From positions 1 to 64,000 of IMG/VR virus record IMGVR_UViG_3300046616_000431: DNA of 64,000 nt, one strand, 5' to 3'. The first letter of the stretch is position 1. Every line of letters begins with the position of its first letter. Shown here one piece after another: positions 38,061-47,975 of the stretch. The stretch is from a virus. Below the pieces are notes generated by a model, which was not told the DNA's origin, searched no databases, and saw only the letters and a list, made by a program, of their open reading frames with translations. The translations under genes and the position numbers were made by a program.

Positions 38061-41000
38061 GTGGCGCGCAGGATCTTCCCCCAGGACCGTATGGCCTACC
38101 GCGTGGCCGGGCCGGGGTCCTACCTGTACTCGGCCGCGACCACGACGGTGGTCGTGTACGCCGACGAGGCATGCACGGTGCTGGCCGACATCCAGGACCT
38201 GGAGGGCGCGCCTCTGGCGGGCTCGGCTCTGGTGGTGGATGCCACGTCGCAGCTGCCCCGTTTCCTCGGCCCGGCCGACGGTACGGCCACGCTGTGGGTC
38301 AGGGGGTCTGGCGGCATCTCTGTGTCCCTCGGCGCCGAGGTCGAGGCCCGGGTGGAGGACGCCGAGGCGGCCCTGGCTGCCCACCTGACGGCCCCGGACG
38401 CCCACGGTGACCGGGCCTGGGCCACGGACCAGTTCGACGCCGTGGGGGCCGCGTCAGCGGCTCAGGTGGCGGCTGCGGCCGACGCGACGGGCAAGGTGTC
38501 CTCCCACGCGGCGGCTGCCGACCCGCATGGCGACCGGGCCTGGGCTGCGGGGCAGTTCGACGCCATGGGCGCCGCCACGGCGGCCCAGAGCGCTGCGGCG
38601 GCCGACGCGGCCTCGAAGGTAGCGGCCCACGTCTCTACCCCTGACGCCCACGGGGATCGAGCCTGGGCCAGCGGACAGTTCGACCCGGCCGGTGCCGCCT
38701 CGGCCGCCCAGAGTGCCGCTGCCACGGATGCGACCAGCAAGGTGGCCGCGCACGCCTCGGCCGCCGACCCGCACGGAGACCGGGCGGACGCCGCAGCGAA
38801 GTACGTGCCGACGGGCGACAGCCGCCTGACGAACGCGCGCACGCCGACGTCGCACGCGGCCAGCCACGCCTTCGGCGGCAGCGACCCCGTCACGGTGGCC
38901 CAGTCTCAGGTGACCGGCCTGACGGCCGCCTTGGCGACTGCCTTGACGCAGACCACGGCGGACGCCCGGTACCCGGTGAAGAGCAGCCTGGTCCTGAATG
39001 TGAAGGACTTCGGGGCTCAGGGCGACGGCACGACCGACGACTCGACGGCGATCCAGAACGCCATCAACGCCATCCCGGCCTCGGGCGGGGCCCTGTACTT
39101 CCCCCGTGGCGCCTACGTGGTCAACACCACGCTCGTCCCCAAGTCCTTCACCCGGCTCTTCGGTGACTCCTGGGGCCGGGCGAAGCTCATCTCGACGACG
39201 ACCGACCTGTTCAAGATGGACGTGGCCCAGGTCGACCGCTTCGAGATGGACCACCTGGCGCTGGATGTGACCGGCGGCCATGCCTTCGTGGGCGCGCAGA
39301 TGGTGCGGTGCCACTTCCACCACCTGGACATCAACGTCCGCTCGGCCGACAAGTCCGTGTGGAGCGCGCCGAACGTGGCGCTGATGGTCGAGTGCTACTA
39401 CTCGGAGATCCAGTACCGGGTGTACGGGGCCACGCGCACCGTCCCGGCCTGGAACCTCGTCTCCTCCGGGGTCGACCTGGTGACCGAGTGCGTGTGGGAG
39501 CGGGTGACCTGCTGGAACAACGACAGCGACGCGACCCAGTACCAGTTCCTCCTTTCCTGCACGAACGCCAACGCGGCGAACCGGAACAACACCTGGCGAA
39601 ACGTCGTGTTCGAGCAGGCCTGTGGCGGTGCGATCAAGGCGGACTCGGCGACCGGCATCCTGATCGACGGCTGCTACTCCTGGGACACCCCTGCGCTCTC
39701 GATCCAGAACGCGCTGTTCGCGATCACCAAGAACGCGGGGAACGCCCTCGTGCCCCGCAACACGGTCATCCGCTCCAGCGGGCGCGTGGGCGACGGACTG
39801 GCCGCGAACGTCTACGACATCTCGCTGTCCTCGACCGCCTTGCAGACCACTCTCGACAACGTCCAGGGGTCCACCACGTCGCCGATCCGCATGAACTTGG
39901 GCGGCGCGGTCGGAGTGTGGCTGAACAATGTGCAGGCCAGCGCCACCATCGACGGTGTCACGGCGGCCAACTACGCCTACCTCCAGCGCGGCGCGTTCAC
40001 CGCCCAGCCGATCTCCTCGGCCGACGCCTTTACCGCCCTCATGCTGGACACCACCGGTGCCCGGGGTGCGCTGCGCGGCCAGGGACAGAACGCCTCCCAG
40101 CGCCTGCTCACCGGCCTGGTCGCCGGGGATGCCAACGCCCGGGTGATTGATTTCCTGGACGGCAAGCGGACGTACGGGGACGGCACCAACGCTCCGGATG
40201 CCACGTGGCGCCGGTCCGGCGCCGGGGTGCTGAGCACGGACCAGATGCTCTCGGCGCTCCAGGGCATGCAGGTCGGTGCTGTCACCCCCGACCTGGGCGG
40301 CGGTGTCGGCGTCTTCGGCCTGAAGAACGCCACGACGGCGCCGACGACCAGCCCGACCAATGGAGCCATCCTCTACGCCGAGAACGGCGTGCTGAAGGTC
40401 AAGCAGGCCGACGGCACTGTCATCACCATCTCGCCTGTGCCCCGACTGGACCAGGTCGGCGCCCCCACCGCCGCTGTGGCTTTGAACAGCCAGAAGATCA
40501 CCGGTCTGGCCAACGGCTCCGCCGCCTCCGACGCAGCCGCTTTCGGGCAGATCCCGGTCTCAGGTACCACCGCAGCCACCTACGCCGCAGGCAACGACAG
40601 CCGCATCACCGGGGCGCTCCAGGCTGCCAGCAACCTGTCCGATGTGGCGAACAAGGTAACCGCGCTCACCAACCTCGGGCTCCCAGGCAAGAACTGCACC
40701 TCGAACGAGACCAACTCCACCGTCACCCAGCAGGCGTCCACCCAGCTGGTCGTGCCGGTGGTGGCCAGCGGGATCTACGTGGTCATGGGCAAGCTCGCGA
40801 TCCAGACCCCGTCGGGCGTCAGCTTCGTCCACGGCTGGACCGCGCCTGCCGGTTCCACCATGGTCTGGGGCGACTCCTCCACGCTCCTCAACACCATTGG
40901 CAGCACCGACAGTTGGAGCGGTACCGGGGCGATGAAGTGGGCCAACATCTTCGGGACGCTCACGGTCGGCGGCTCCAGCGGAAACCTGACGGTGACGTTC

Positions 41001-41072
41001 GCCTCGGGCACCGCCGCGAACGTGGCCACGCTCGGGGTCGGCAGCCACATCGCCCTCATGAGAATCGGCTAG
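38061..41072 (+). CDS. fibre/tailspike with 41-aa repeat stalk and beta-helix domain
   Basis: LNVKDFGAQGDGTTDDSTAIQNA...LYFPRGAY; HGDRAWA repeats. Confidence 0.85.
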   Translation: MARRIFPQDRMAYRVAGPGSYLYSAATTTVVVYADEACTVLADIQDLEGAPLAGSALVVDATSQLPRFLGPADGTATLWVRGSGGISVSLGAEVEARVEDAEAALAAHLTAPDAHGDRAWATDQFDAVGAASAAQVAAAADATGKVSSHAAAADPHGDRAWAAGQFDAMGAATAAQSAAAADAASKVAAHVSTPDAHGDRAWASGQFDPAGAASAAQSAAATDATSKVAAHASAADPHGDRADAAAKYVPTGDSRLTNARTPTSHAASHAFGGSDPVTVAQSQVTGLTAALATALTQTTADARYPVKSSLVLNVKDFGAQGDGTTDDSTAIQNAINAIPASGGALYFPRGAYVVNTTLVPKSFTRLFGDSWGRAKLISTTTDLFKMDVAQVDRFEMDHLALDVTGGHAFVGAQMVRCHFHHLDINVRSADKSVWSAPNVALMVECYYSEIQYRVYGATRTVPAWNLVSSGVDLVTECVWERVTCWNNDSDATQYQFLLSCTNANAANRNNTWRNVVFEQACGGAIKADSATGILIDGCYSWDTPALSIQNALFAITKNAGNALVPRNTVIRSSGRVGDGLAANVYDISLSSTALQTTLDNVQGSTTSPIRMNLGGAVGVWLNNVQASATIDGVTAANYAYLQRGAFTAQPISSADAFTALMLDTTGARGALRGQGQNASQRLLTGLVAGDANARVIDFLDGKRTYGDGTNAPDATWRRSGAGVLSTDQMLSALQGMQVGAVTPDLGGGVGVFGLKNATTAPTTSPTNGAILYAENGVLKVKQADGTVITISPVPRLDQVGAPTAAVALNSQKITGLANGSAASDAAAFGQIPVSGTTAATYAAGNDSRITGALQAASNLSDVANKVTALTNLGLPGKNCTSNETNSTVTQQASTQLVVPVVASGIYVVMGKLAIQTPSGVSFVHGWTAPAGSTMVWGDSSTLLNTIGSTDSWSGTGAMKWANIFGTLTVGGSSGNLTVTFASGTAANVATLGVGSHIALMRIG
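38382..38786 (+). repeat. 123-bp (41-aa) tandem repeat, about 3.3 copies
   Basis: units start at 38382, 38505, 38628 and 38751 (HxxxxDxHGDRAWAxxQFDxxGAAxAAQxAAAxDAxxKV). Confidence 0.9.
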
Positions 41073-41080
41073 GAGTCCTC

Positions 41081-41791
41081 GTGCCCATCCCTCTCCCGCT
41101 GCCGTCGCCGACTCCTGCCCCGCAGGCCGACGGCCAGCGCGGTACGTACGTCCGCTCCCGGCAGGACTGGGCCGTCGAGCAGGAGCGCCAGCGCCACAAC
41201 CAGGCGCTGTACATGATGGGCGAGAACGTCCTGTTCTGCCTGCTGTGGACGGCCCGCGACCACGACCAGGGCCTCGTCGGCCTGTGCCCCGTGTGCGCGA
41301 CCGACCGCATCGCGCAAGCCTACGGGCAGGCGACGCGGAACAAGTGCCCGTCGTGCTTCGGCACGCGCTTCGAGGGCGGCTACCGGGCGCTGATCGTCAG
41401 GCCCGCGATCTTCACGGACGCGGACGATGGCCAGAGCTTCACGGCCCGTGGTGTCGTCTCGCCGCAGGAGGTGCACCTGGAGACCACCAGCGACTTCCGG
41501 GTCCACGGCGGCGACTACGCCATGCGCGCGACCGGGGAGCGGCTGCAGCTGCGCTCGCCGCAGCGCACCACGCTGCGCACGGGCTTCGGGACGCCGCACC
41601 AGAGCGAGGACGGGACGGCGTACAACCTGTCGCGGGCGGCCGTCGAGGACTCCACGTCGGTGGCGTACCTGATCCCTCCGGCCACCGCACCCCTGGTGAC
41701 CATTCTGTCCCGGTCTGGGGCGACTCCGGTCAGTTTCAGTGACATCGAAGTTATTAGGGCTCCGTTGATCCCGCTGTACGAGCGAGACTGA
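41081..41791 (+). CDS. neck / head-closure protein with zinc finger
   Basis: AGGAG then GTG; CPVC...CPSCFGTRFEGGY. Confidence 0.65.
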   Translation: MPIPLPLPSPTPAPQADGQRGTYVRSRQDWAVEQERQRHNQALYMMGENVLFCLLWTARDHDQGLVGLCPVCATDRIAQAYGQATRNKCPSCFGTRFEGGYRALIVRPAIFTDADDGQSFTARGVVSPQEVHLETTSDFRVHGGDYAMRATGERLQLRSPQRTTLRTGFGTPHQSEDGTAYNLSRAAVEDSTSVAYLIPPATAPLVTILSRSGATPVSFSDIEVIRAPLIPLYERD

Positions 41792-41829
41792 CAGGCGTAC
41801 CCGCCAAGAACCCACCACAAGAGGTCCTG

Positions 41830-42549
41830 TTGACCGAGATCACCTTCCGCTCCGACGTCACCGTCGAGCTGGTCAAGCACACCGCGTCCGACCCCGATGT
41901 CCTCTTCGCCGCCCGCGTCTCCACCGCCGGGGAGCAGTCCCTGGAAGAGATCGGCAAGGACCCGGAGCGCTCCAAGGGCCTGATCAACTACCTGATGCGG
42001 GACCGCCACGGCAGCCCGTTCGAGCACAACTCCATGACGTTCTTCGTCAGCGCACCGATCTTCGTCTTCCGCGAGTTCATGCGCCACAGGGTCGGGTTCA
42101 GCTACAACGAGGAGTCCGGCCGGTACCGCGAGCTGCAGCCGGTCTTCTACGTCCCCGGATGGGATCGCAAGCTCGTCCAGGTCGGCAAGCCGGGCGCGTA
42201 CACCTTCGAGCAGGGCTCGCCCCAGCAGTACCTGTACATGAAGAACTCGATGGAGACTGCGTACAAGCAGGCGTACGCCACCTACCAGGAGATGCTAGCC
42301 GCAGGCATCGCCCGCGAGGTCGCCCGCGCCGCCTTGCCAGTGGGCCTGTTCTCGTCGATGTACGTCACCTGCAACGCGCGCTCCCTGATGCACTTCCTGG
42401 GCCTGCGCACGACCCACCCTGACGCCAAGGTTCCCTCGTTCCCCCAGCGGGAGATCGAGATGGTCGCCGAGCAGATGGAGGCCGCCTGGGCCGAGCTGAT
42501 GCCGCTCACGCACGCCGCCTTCAACAAGAACGGCCGCGTCGCGCCGTAG
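41830..42549 (+). CDS. thyX: FAD-dependent thymidylate synthase
   Basis: HGSPFEH, REFMRHR..SYNEESGRY, AREVAR, NARSLMHFLGLR and QREI motifs. Confidence 0.97.
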   Translation: MTEITFRSDVTVELVKHTASDPDVLFAARVSTAGEQSLEEIGKDPERSKGLINYLMRDRHGSPFEHNSMTFFVSAPIFVFREFMRHRVGFSYNEESGRYRELQPVFYVPGWDRKLVQVGKPGAYTFEQGSPQQYLYMKNSMETAYKQAYATYQEMLAAGIAREVARAALPVGLFSSMYVTCNARSLMHFLGLRTTHPDAKVPSFPQREIEMVAEQMEAAWAELMPLTHAAFNKNGRVAP

Positions 42550-42625
42550 TATCGCAGCGGACGAGTAGCGCCCGGGGTGGGGACCTTCGGGCGCTTTCTC
42601 GTGTCCGCCTCCAAACACAGCAGGA

Positions 42626-42653
42626 TTGACTTCAGGTACGAATCAGATAAGAT
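42626..42653 (+). promoter_or_regulatory. sigma70-type promoter, probably giving a leaderless mRNA
   Basis: TTGACT-N16-TAAGAT, ATG 8 nt downstream, no RBS. Confidence 0.45.
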
Positions 42654-42661
42654 CTGGGTTC

Positions 42662-43003
42662 ATGACGGATATCAAGCGTGTTCGTATGTCCGATGGCAAC
42701 GTGGTCGACGTGGGCGCCGCCAAGGAGCGCATCCGTGAGGGTGCGCCCGAGGGGGACCACGACGCGGTGGCTGACGTGGCTGAGCTGCGTGGCCGCCGAG
42801 GCGCTGAGCAGCTGCACGCCAAGCTCATCCCTGACGCCAGCGACGCCCTTGCGGCGACCATCGAGCGCAGGGGCATCTCCAGGACGGACGCGACCAACCG
42901 GCTCATCCAGATCGGCGCCTTCATCGACGAGAAGCTGAAGGAGGGCTACGACGTCCTCCTCCGCAAGGACGGGCAGCAGGACAAGGAGGTCCACATCGTC
43001 TGA
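42662..43003 (+). CDS. ribbon-helix-helix-like regulator
   Basis: QLHAKL...ASDALAATIERRGISRTDATNRLI pattern. Confidence 0.55.
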   Translation: MTDIKRVRMSDGNVVDVGAAKERIREGAPEGDHDAVADVAELRGRRGAEQLHAKLIPDASDALAATIERRGISRTDATNRLIQIGAFIDEKLKEGYDVLLRKDGQQDKEVHIV

Positions 43004-43060
43004 GCCCCTGCACTGTCCGCGCCTCCTCCGCCACCCCAAGGGGTGAGCAGAGGAGGCGCC

Positions 43061-43738
43061 GTGCTTGTATCCATGGCCGCGTGGTGGACGAAGGACCCGG
43101 ACGAGCACCACGGGTACGAGCAGATGTGGGACCCGGAGTATCGGCTGCGCGACCCGAACGAGGCGATGGCCGACCGGCGCGGCCGGTATGTGAAGCAGAT
43201 CGCCGACGCCCACGGCGTCGACCACCCCACGGCCACGCAGGCGCTCAAGCACGTCTTCCACCACGTGAACGAGGGGGACCGCGAGGTCGACCCCACCAAG
43301 TACGGCTTCGCCTCGTCGGCGGCCGACCGTAAGGGGCACTACTCGATCCCCACGACCCGCAAGATCATGGACCCCGAGACGTGGAAGCACAGCCCGGTCC
43401 AGGATGTGTCCCTGCATGAGCCGGTCCACGCGACCCAGAACTACGTCAAGCCCAGCCACGTCGCGCACAACCTCTTCCACCCAGGAGAAAAGGCTCCCGA
43501 GTCCGAACCTGACGCCATTGGCGATCCGGACTACCACCCCTCGTGGGGCCAGTTCGAGGACGAGGAGGGCTCTGGGGAGACCTCGCAGGCGGAGCGTGAC
43601 CTGGAGAACCACGCGCGGTTCGTACGGCGCACCAACGGCCGCCTGGAGGTCGCCGACGGCCACCACCGGGTCGCGGCCGACATGCTGCTGGGGAAGTCGC
43701 ACACCCGAGGCCGCGTCGTTCACGAGCGGGACCTGTAG
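43061..43738 (+). CDS. His-rich protein with ParB/sulfiredoxin-like domain
   Basis: VHATQ...LEVADGHHRVAA; follows late motif. Confidence 0.7.
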   Translation: MLVSMAAWWTKDPDEHHGYEQMWDPEYRLRDPNEAMADRRGRYVKQIADAHGVDHPTATQALKHVFHHVNEGDREVDPTKYGFASSAADRKGHYSIPTTRKIMDPETWKHSPVQDVSLHEPVHATQNYVKPSHVAHNLFHPGEKAPESEPDAIGDPDYHPSWGQFEDEEGSGETSQAERDLENHARFVRRTNGRLEVADGHHRVAADMLLGKSHTRGRVVHERDL

Positions 43739-44466
43739 TGCCGCAGGTAGAGGTCGCCGAGGTCCACCTGGTCGAGCACCCCGACCGCATGATCATGATC
43801 GAGAAGGACCTGCACCCGAACCGGGCGCGGTCGGCGGCCCGGGACGCTGTGCGGCTGGCCCGGCGGGCGATGCCGAAGATGAGCGGCGCGGCGGCGCGCG
43901 GGATGCAGCCGATCTACGGCAAGGGGTACTTCGGGATCTCCTGGGCGACCGAGGTCGTCTGGTACCAGGACCACGGCACGAAGCCCTTCACTATGAAAAA
44001 TCTTGCCGGGAAGACGATCCCGATGTGGATCGACGACCCCACGGGCCAGGAGCGCCGGGACAACCCGAAGGCGAAGACCAGGGTGACGGAGTCCGGCAAG
44101 GTCCAGGTGCTGATCTTCCGGCGGGCCGCGCTGATCGGGCAGCGGAAGAAGGTCTACCGGCGCGACCCGAAGACCGGCCTGAAGGTCCTCGTCTCGGACA
44201 AGCCGATGCACTACCCGGGCGCGCCGGGCCGGATCGCGTGGCGTGAGGCCGCTGCGCCCTGGACGAGGCCGGGCAAGCGGGGCGGTGCGATCCACCCCGG
44301 CAACATCGGCGTCTGGTGGCGGCACCCGGGGATCAAGCCCAGGTCGTTCCTGAACACCTCGATGACGGCCGCAGCGCAGCGGGCCGGGTTGCTGCCGGAG
44401 CGGGTCTACGTGGCCGACAAGGGGTGGCGGAACTACGTCCGCTTGCATGGTGAGGAGTTCCGCTGA
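43738..44466 (+). CDS. neck / tail-completion protein
   Basis: basic; YQDHGTKP...HPGIKPRSFL resembles HK97-gp10-like proteins. Confidence 0.65.
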   Translation: MPQVEVAEVHLVEHPDRMIMIEKDLHPNRARSAARDAVRLARRAMPKMSGAAARGMQPIYGKGYFGISWATEVVWYQDHGTKPFTMKNLAGKTIPMWIDDPTGQERRDNPKAKTRVTESGKVQVLIFRRAALIGQRKKVYRRDPKTGLKVLVSDKPMHYPGAPGRIAWREAAAPWTRPGKRGGAIHPGNIGVWWRHPGIKPRSFLNTSMTAAAQRAGLLPERVYVADKGWRNYVRLHGEEFR

Positions 44467-45101
44467 TGTACGTCACCCGGGCCAAGACGCTGCCGATCGA
44501 GGCGCTGCACGCGACATTCGACGACCAGTACCCCGTGGCGGAGTTCCGTGGGCTGCACGCCTCGCTGGAGTACCCGGTGGAGGCCGTCAACCTCCCCGAG
44601 ATCTGGGTGAGGTACACCGACTCCGCGCCGCTGCGTCAGTCCGGCATCGCGCACGTCGAGGACACCCACCCGGTCACCGGCGGCAAGATCCAGCCGTATA
44701 CCCGCTGGCGGTTCGAGGGCTCGTGGGAGTTCGTCGTGATCGCTCTGTCGTCCGTCGAGCGCGACCGCGTTTACGACGAGCTGATCGCCACCATCGCCTG
44801 GTCCGGCTACGACACGCTGCGCGGCCGGTTCCGCCGGTACCTGGAGGGCAACGACCTGCTCGACCTGACGGTCCGGACGGACGAGATCGAGTCGACCGGC
44901 GAGAGCGCCGAGCCGGGCACGCCGTGGGGTACGGACGAGGTCCTCTACGAGCGGACGCTGAACGTCGACCTGATCGGTGACTTCGTCCCGGACCCGGAGA
45001 CCGGTGTCATCGTGCCGCTGTCCCGGATCCAGACCACGCCGACGGTGGACCTCACGCTGGATAACGAGGCGCGGGGCGAGGGCGCCGACGGCTGGCACTA
45101 G
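44466..45101 (+). CDS. tail terminator-like protein
   Basis: acidic, directly upstream of sheath. Confidence 0.6.
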   Translation: MYVTRAKTLPIEALHATFDDQYPVAEFRGLHASLEYPVEAVNLPEIWVRYTDSAPLRQSGIAHVEDTHPVTGGKIQPYTRWRFEGSWEFVVIALSSVERDRVYDELIATIAWSGYDTLRGRFRRYLEGNDLLDLTVRTDEIESTGESAEPGTPWGTDEVLYERTLNVDLIGDFVPDPETGVIVPLSRIQTTPTVDLTLDNEARGEGADGWH

Positions 45102-45208
45102 GCCCAGACGCGCAGAAGCCCCCCGGGCCGCCAAGCACCGAAGGGCTTCTGGTTAGCGAGGGCCGCCAAGCACCTCGCCAAGTTCGAGTTCAACCTACCA
45201 GCGCGCTG

Positions 45209-45241
45209 CTGTCCACCGGTGCCATTCCGCCCCAAGGGGTG
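45209..45241 (+). promoter_or_regulatory. late-promoter-like bipartite motif upstream of sheath
   Basis: CTGT-N21-AAGGGGTG. Confidence 0.75.
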
Positions 45242-45268
45242 ACAGCTGACCGACGACTGGTGGGTGGC

Positions 45269-46801
45269 ATGCCCGATATCTCTTCTGCGACGTATACGCC
45301 GCCCGGCGTCTACGTCAGCGACGAATCGACTCCGGCGGTCACCCCTCGCTCGGTGTCGACCTCTACGGTGACCATCATCGGCCCGGCTCTCGGGTACGAG
45401 ACATTTTCCGAGGTAGCGACGGTCTACTCGGCGTCGTCCACGGCGCTGAGCCAGCAGGGCATCTACGCCACTGCGGTCACGGGACCTCCGGCCATCGCCG
45501 CGCCGGTCGTGAAGAACATGGCCGGGGTCGCCATGGTCTACGGCGAGGACTACACGTTCGAGGTCGTGGCCGGGTCCGGTGGCGCCTCGACGGCCGTCAC
45601 GAAGATCAAGCGTCTGTCCGGGACCGTGGGCGACCTGACGGCGCCGTCCCCGAACGGCCTGGTCGACGGCGCGCAGGTGCGCATCACCTACGCCTTCACC
45701 TCGGCCTCGTACTACGAGCCGACGCTGCACGAGGACTACGACCAGATCGTGTCCATGTACGGTCCGGCCCTGGTGTCGACGGCCCCGTCCAGCCCGACGG
45801 CCTCCCAGGTCGCCTCGGCGCTGACCCTGGCGTCGAAGATCGCGCTGGAGAACGGCGCAGCCAACGTGCTGTGTGTGCCGACGAACCCGGCCGCCGGTGA
45901 CTACCGGGCGCAGCTGGCGGCGGCGTACGGGAAGCTGGAGGTCGACTACCGGGCGCAGATCCTGGTCCCGCTGTTCGTGGACGGCGCGTACGACACCAGC
46001 ACGGGCGCGAACATGGCGAACCTGCTGGCTGACGTGAAGAACCACTGTGAGACGGCGGCGGCCGACGGTTACGGCCGGATCGCCTTCACTGGCGCTCCGT
46101 CGAACTACGACAACTCCGTCGGCCATGACGCGCTGGCGATCCAGCAGGCGAGCAGGCGGCTGGTGCTGGCGTACCCGAACCGGATCCTGACCTTCAACTC
46201 GGCGGTGAATGCCTCGACCGAGGTCGACGGCTTCTACCTGGCCGCCGCCATGGCCGGTCGGATCGCGCGGAACCCGGTGGCTCGCGGCCTCACCCGGCAG
46301 TCGCTGACCTCGTTCACCGGCCTGCCCGCCACGGTGGCCCAGGCGATGACGAGGACGTTCCGCAACAACCTCTCGAAATCGGGCCTCAGCGTCGCCGAGA
46401 TCAACCAGGCGAACCAGCTGGTCGTCCGGCACGGCCTGTCCACGCAGATGACGTCGGTCCTGACCCAGGAGATCTCGCTGACCCGGGTCGGCGACACGCT
46501 CCTGCAGATGGTGCAGACCGGCATGGAGAACTCGGGCCTGATCGGCGAGCCGATCAACTCCGAGATGACCACGAACGTCAAGTCTGCGCTGCTGGGCCTG
46601 CTGGAGCAGGCGGTCAGCGACAGTGTCATCGTCTCGTACGCCAACGTCCTGGTGCGCCAGCAGTCGGCGGATCCCTCGGTGATCGAGGCGACCTTCAGCT
46701 ACAAGCCTGCGATCCCGATGAACTTTATCGTGGTCAAGTTCGCGGTGGACCTCACCACGGGCGACACCACGGCCCAGGAGCAGGACACGGCCACCCAGTA
46801 A
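45269..46801 (+). CDS. contractile tail sheath protein
   Basis: N-terminal YTPPGVYV; C-terminal YKPAIPMNFIVVKF; 510 aa. Confidence 0.92.
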   Translation: MPDISSATYTPPGVYVSDESTPAVTPRSVSTSTVTIIGPALGYETFSEVATVYSASSTALSQQGIYATAVTGPPAIAAPVVKNMAGVAMVYGEDYTFEVVAGSGGASTAVTKIKRLSGTVGDLTAPSPNGLVDGAQVRITYAFTSASYYEPTLHEDYDQIVSMYGPALVSTAPSSPTASQVASALTLASKIALENGAANVLCVPTNPAAGDYRAQLAAAYGKLEVDYRAQILVPLFVDGAYDTSTGANMANLLADVKNHCETAAADGYGRIAFTGAPSNYDNSVGHDALAIQQASRRLVLAYPNRILTFNSAVNASTEVDGFYLAAAMAGRIARNPVARGLTRQSLTSFTGLPATVAQAMTRTFRNNLSKSGLSVAEINQANQLVVRHGLSTQMTSVLTQEISLTRVGDTLLQMVQTGMENSGLIGEPINSEMTTNVKSALLGLLEQAVSDSVIVSYANVLVRQQSADPSVIEATFSYKPAIPMNFIVVKFAVDLTTGDTTAQEQDTATQ

Positions 46802-46936
46802 ACCTGGCGTGGCGGGCGCTGACGGGCCGCCTGCCGCGCTTTCGAGAGGACCCCGGGGTGAGGGCCCCGGGGTCCTCTGCTGTCCGCTGCCGTGCTGCCT
46901 GCCGTAGGGGGTGAGACCTACGGATGGGGTGGTGGC

Positions 46937-47440
46937 ATGCCTGCGGGTAAGGCACGCGTTACCGGCTCCGGCTACTCGACCTTCGTGTACGCCGGTAAGC
47001 CGATCGCATATCTGATCAGCGTGGAGGACTCGGGCCAGCGGGCCTGGTCCGACAAGGGGCAGGCGTACAGCTTCATCCACCCCATGGGGAGCCGGACGCC
47101 GACCGAGATCGCGACGTCCCGAGTCCTTGCGGGCGGGACGCTTCAGCTGACGATCCAGGAGCTGTGGGACCACGCTCACTGGGAGCAGATGGCGGGTCTG
47201 GCCGGGACGAACAACATCGTCGAGATCTTCGACCGGCTCAGCCGGACGGCGAACTACGTGACGGCGCAGACGATCATCAAGCCGCCCGGCACCGAGTCCA
47301 ACCCCTCGAAGTGGCGCGGCAAGATCTACCACAACGTGACGATCGTCGACATCGCGGACGGCGACACGCTCACGGTCGGCGGCCTGGACGTCGCCAAGCC
47401 TGTGGTCGCGGCCTACACGCACTCCTCAAGGCTGCGGTGA
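46937..47440 (+). CDS. tail tube protein
   Basis: 167 aa immediately after sheath; beta-rich. Confidence 0.8.
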   Translation: MPAGKARVTGSGYSTFVYAGKPIAYLISVEDSGQRAWSDKGQAYSFIHPMGSRTPTEIATSRVLAGGTLQLTIQELWDHAHWEQMAGLAGTNNIVEIFDRLSRTANYVTAQTIIKPPGTESNPSKWRGKIYHNVTIVDIADGDTLTVGGLDVAKPVVAAYTHSSRLR

Positions 47441-47444
47441 TCTG

Positions 47445-47975
47445 ATGTCCGACACCTACGGCACCTACGACCCCGCCGACCGGCCGGGGCGCAAGGCCGC
47501 CACGCCGGAGGAATCGACGCTCAAGGCGGAGGACGGCACCGACCTGCCGTCCTTCGACCAGCGGTACACCGAGGCCTTCAAGGGGCTGCTGTACGTCGGT
47601 TCCCTGACCGACCGGTTCAGCTGGCTCGGCCACGAGTTCGTGATCCGGACGCTGGGGGTCGACGAGCAGCTGGCCATCGCCCAGGTCATGAAGCCGTACG
47701 TGGGCACCGGCGGCGGCGAGCAGCTGGCGTACGCCACGGCGCTCGTCTCGCTGGCCGTGGTCTCGGTGGACGGCGAGGAGCTGCCCACGCCGATCGCGGA
47801 GGACGCCAGGCTCGCCGAGTGGGCGCAGATGCGCTTCGCGTACGTCAAGGCGAACTGGTACCAGTACACGATCAACGAGGTGTTCCAGCGGTACCTGAAG
47901 CTGGAGGACACCGCCCAGCAGGTGGTGGAAGCGATGGGAAAAGCCTTCGCCCCGACGGCCTCGACCCCTGGCTAG
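47445..47975 (+). CDS. tail assembly chaperone (gpG-like)
   Basis: between tube and tape measure; slippery GGGAAAA near 3' end. Confidence 0.8.
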   Translation: MSDTYGTYDPADRPGRKAATPEESTLKAEDGTDLPSFDQRYTEAFKGLLYVGSLTDRFSWLGHEFVIRTLGVDEQLAIAQVMKPYVGTGGGEQLAYATALVSLAVVSVDGEELPTPIAEDARLAEWAQMRFAYVKANWYQYTINEVFQRYLKLEDTAQQVVEAMGKAFAPTASTPG

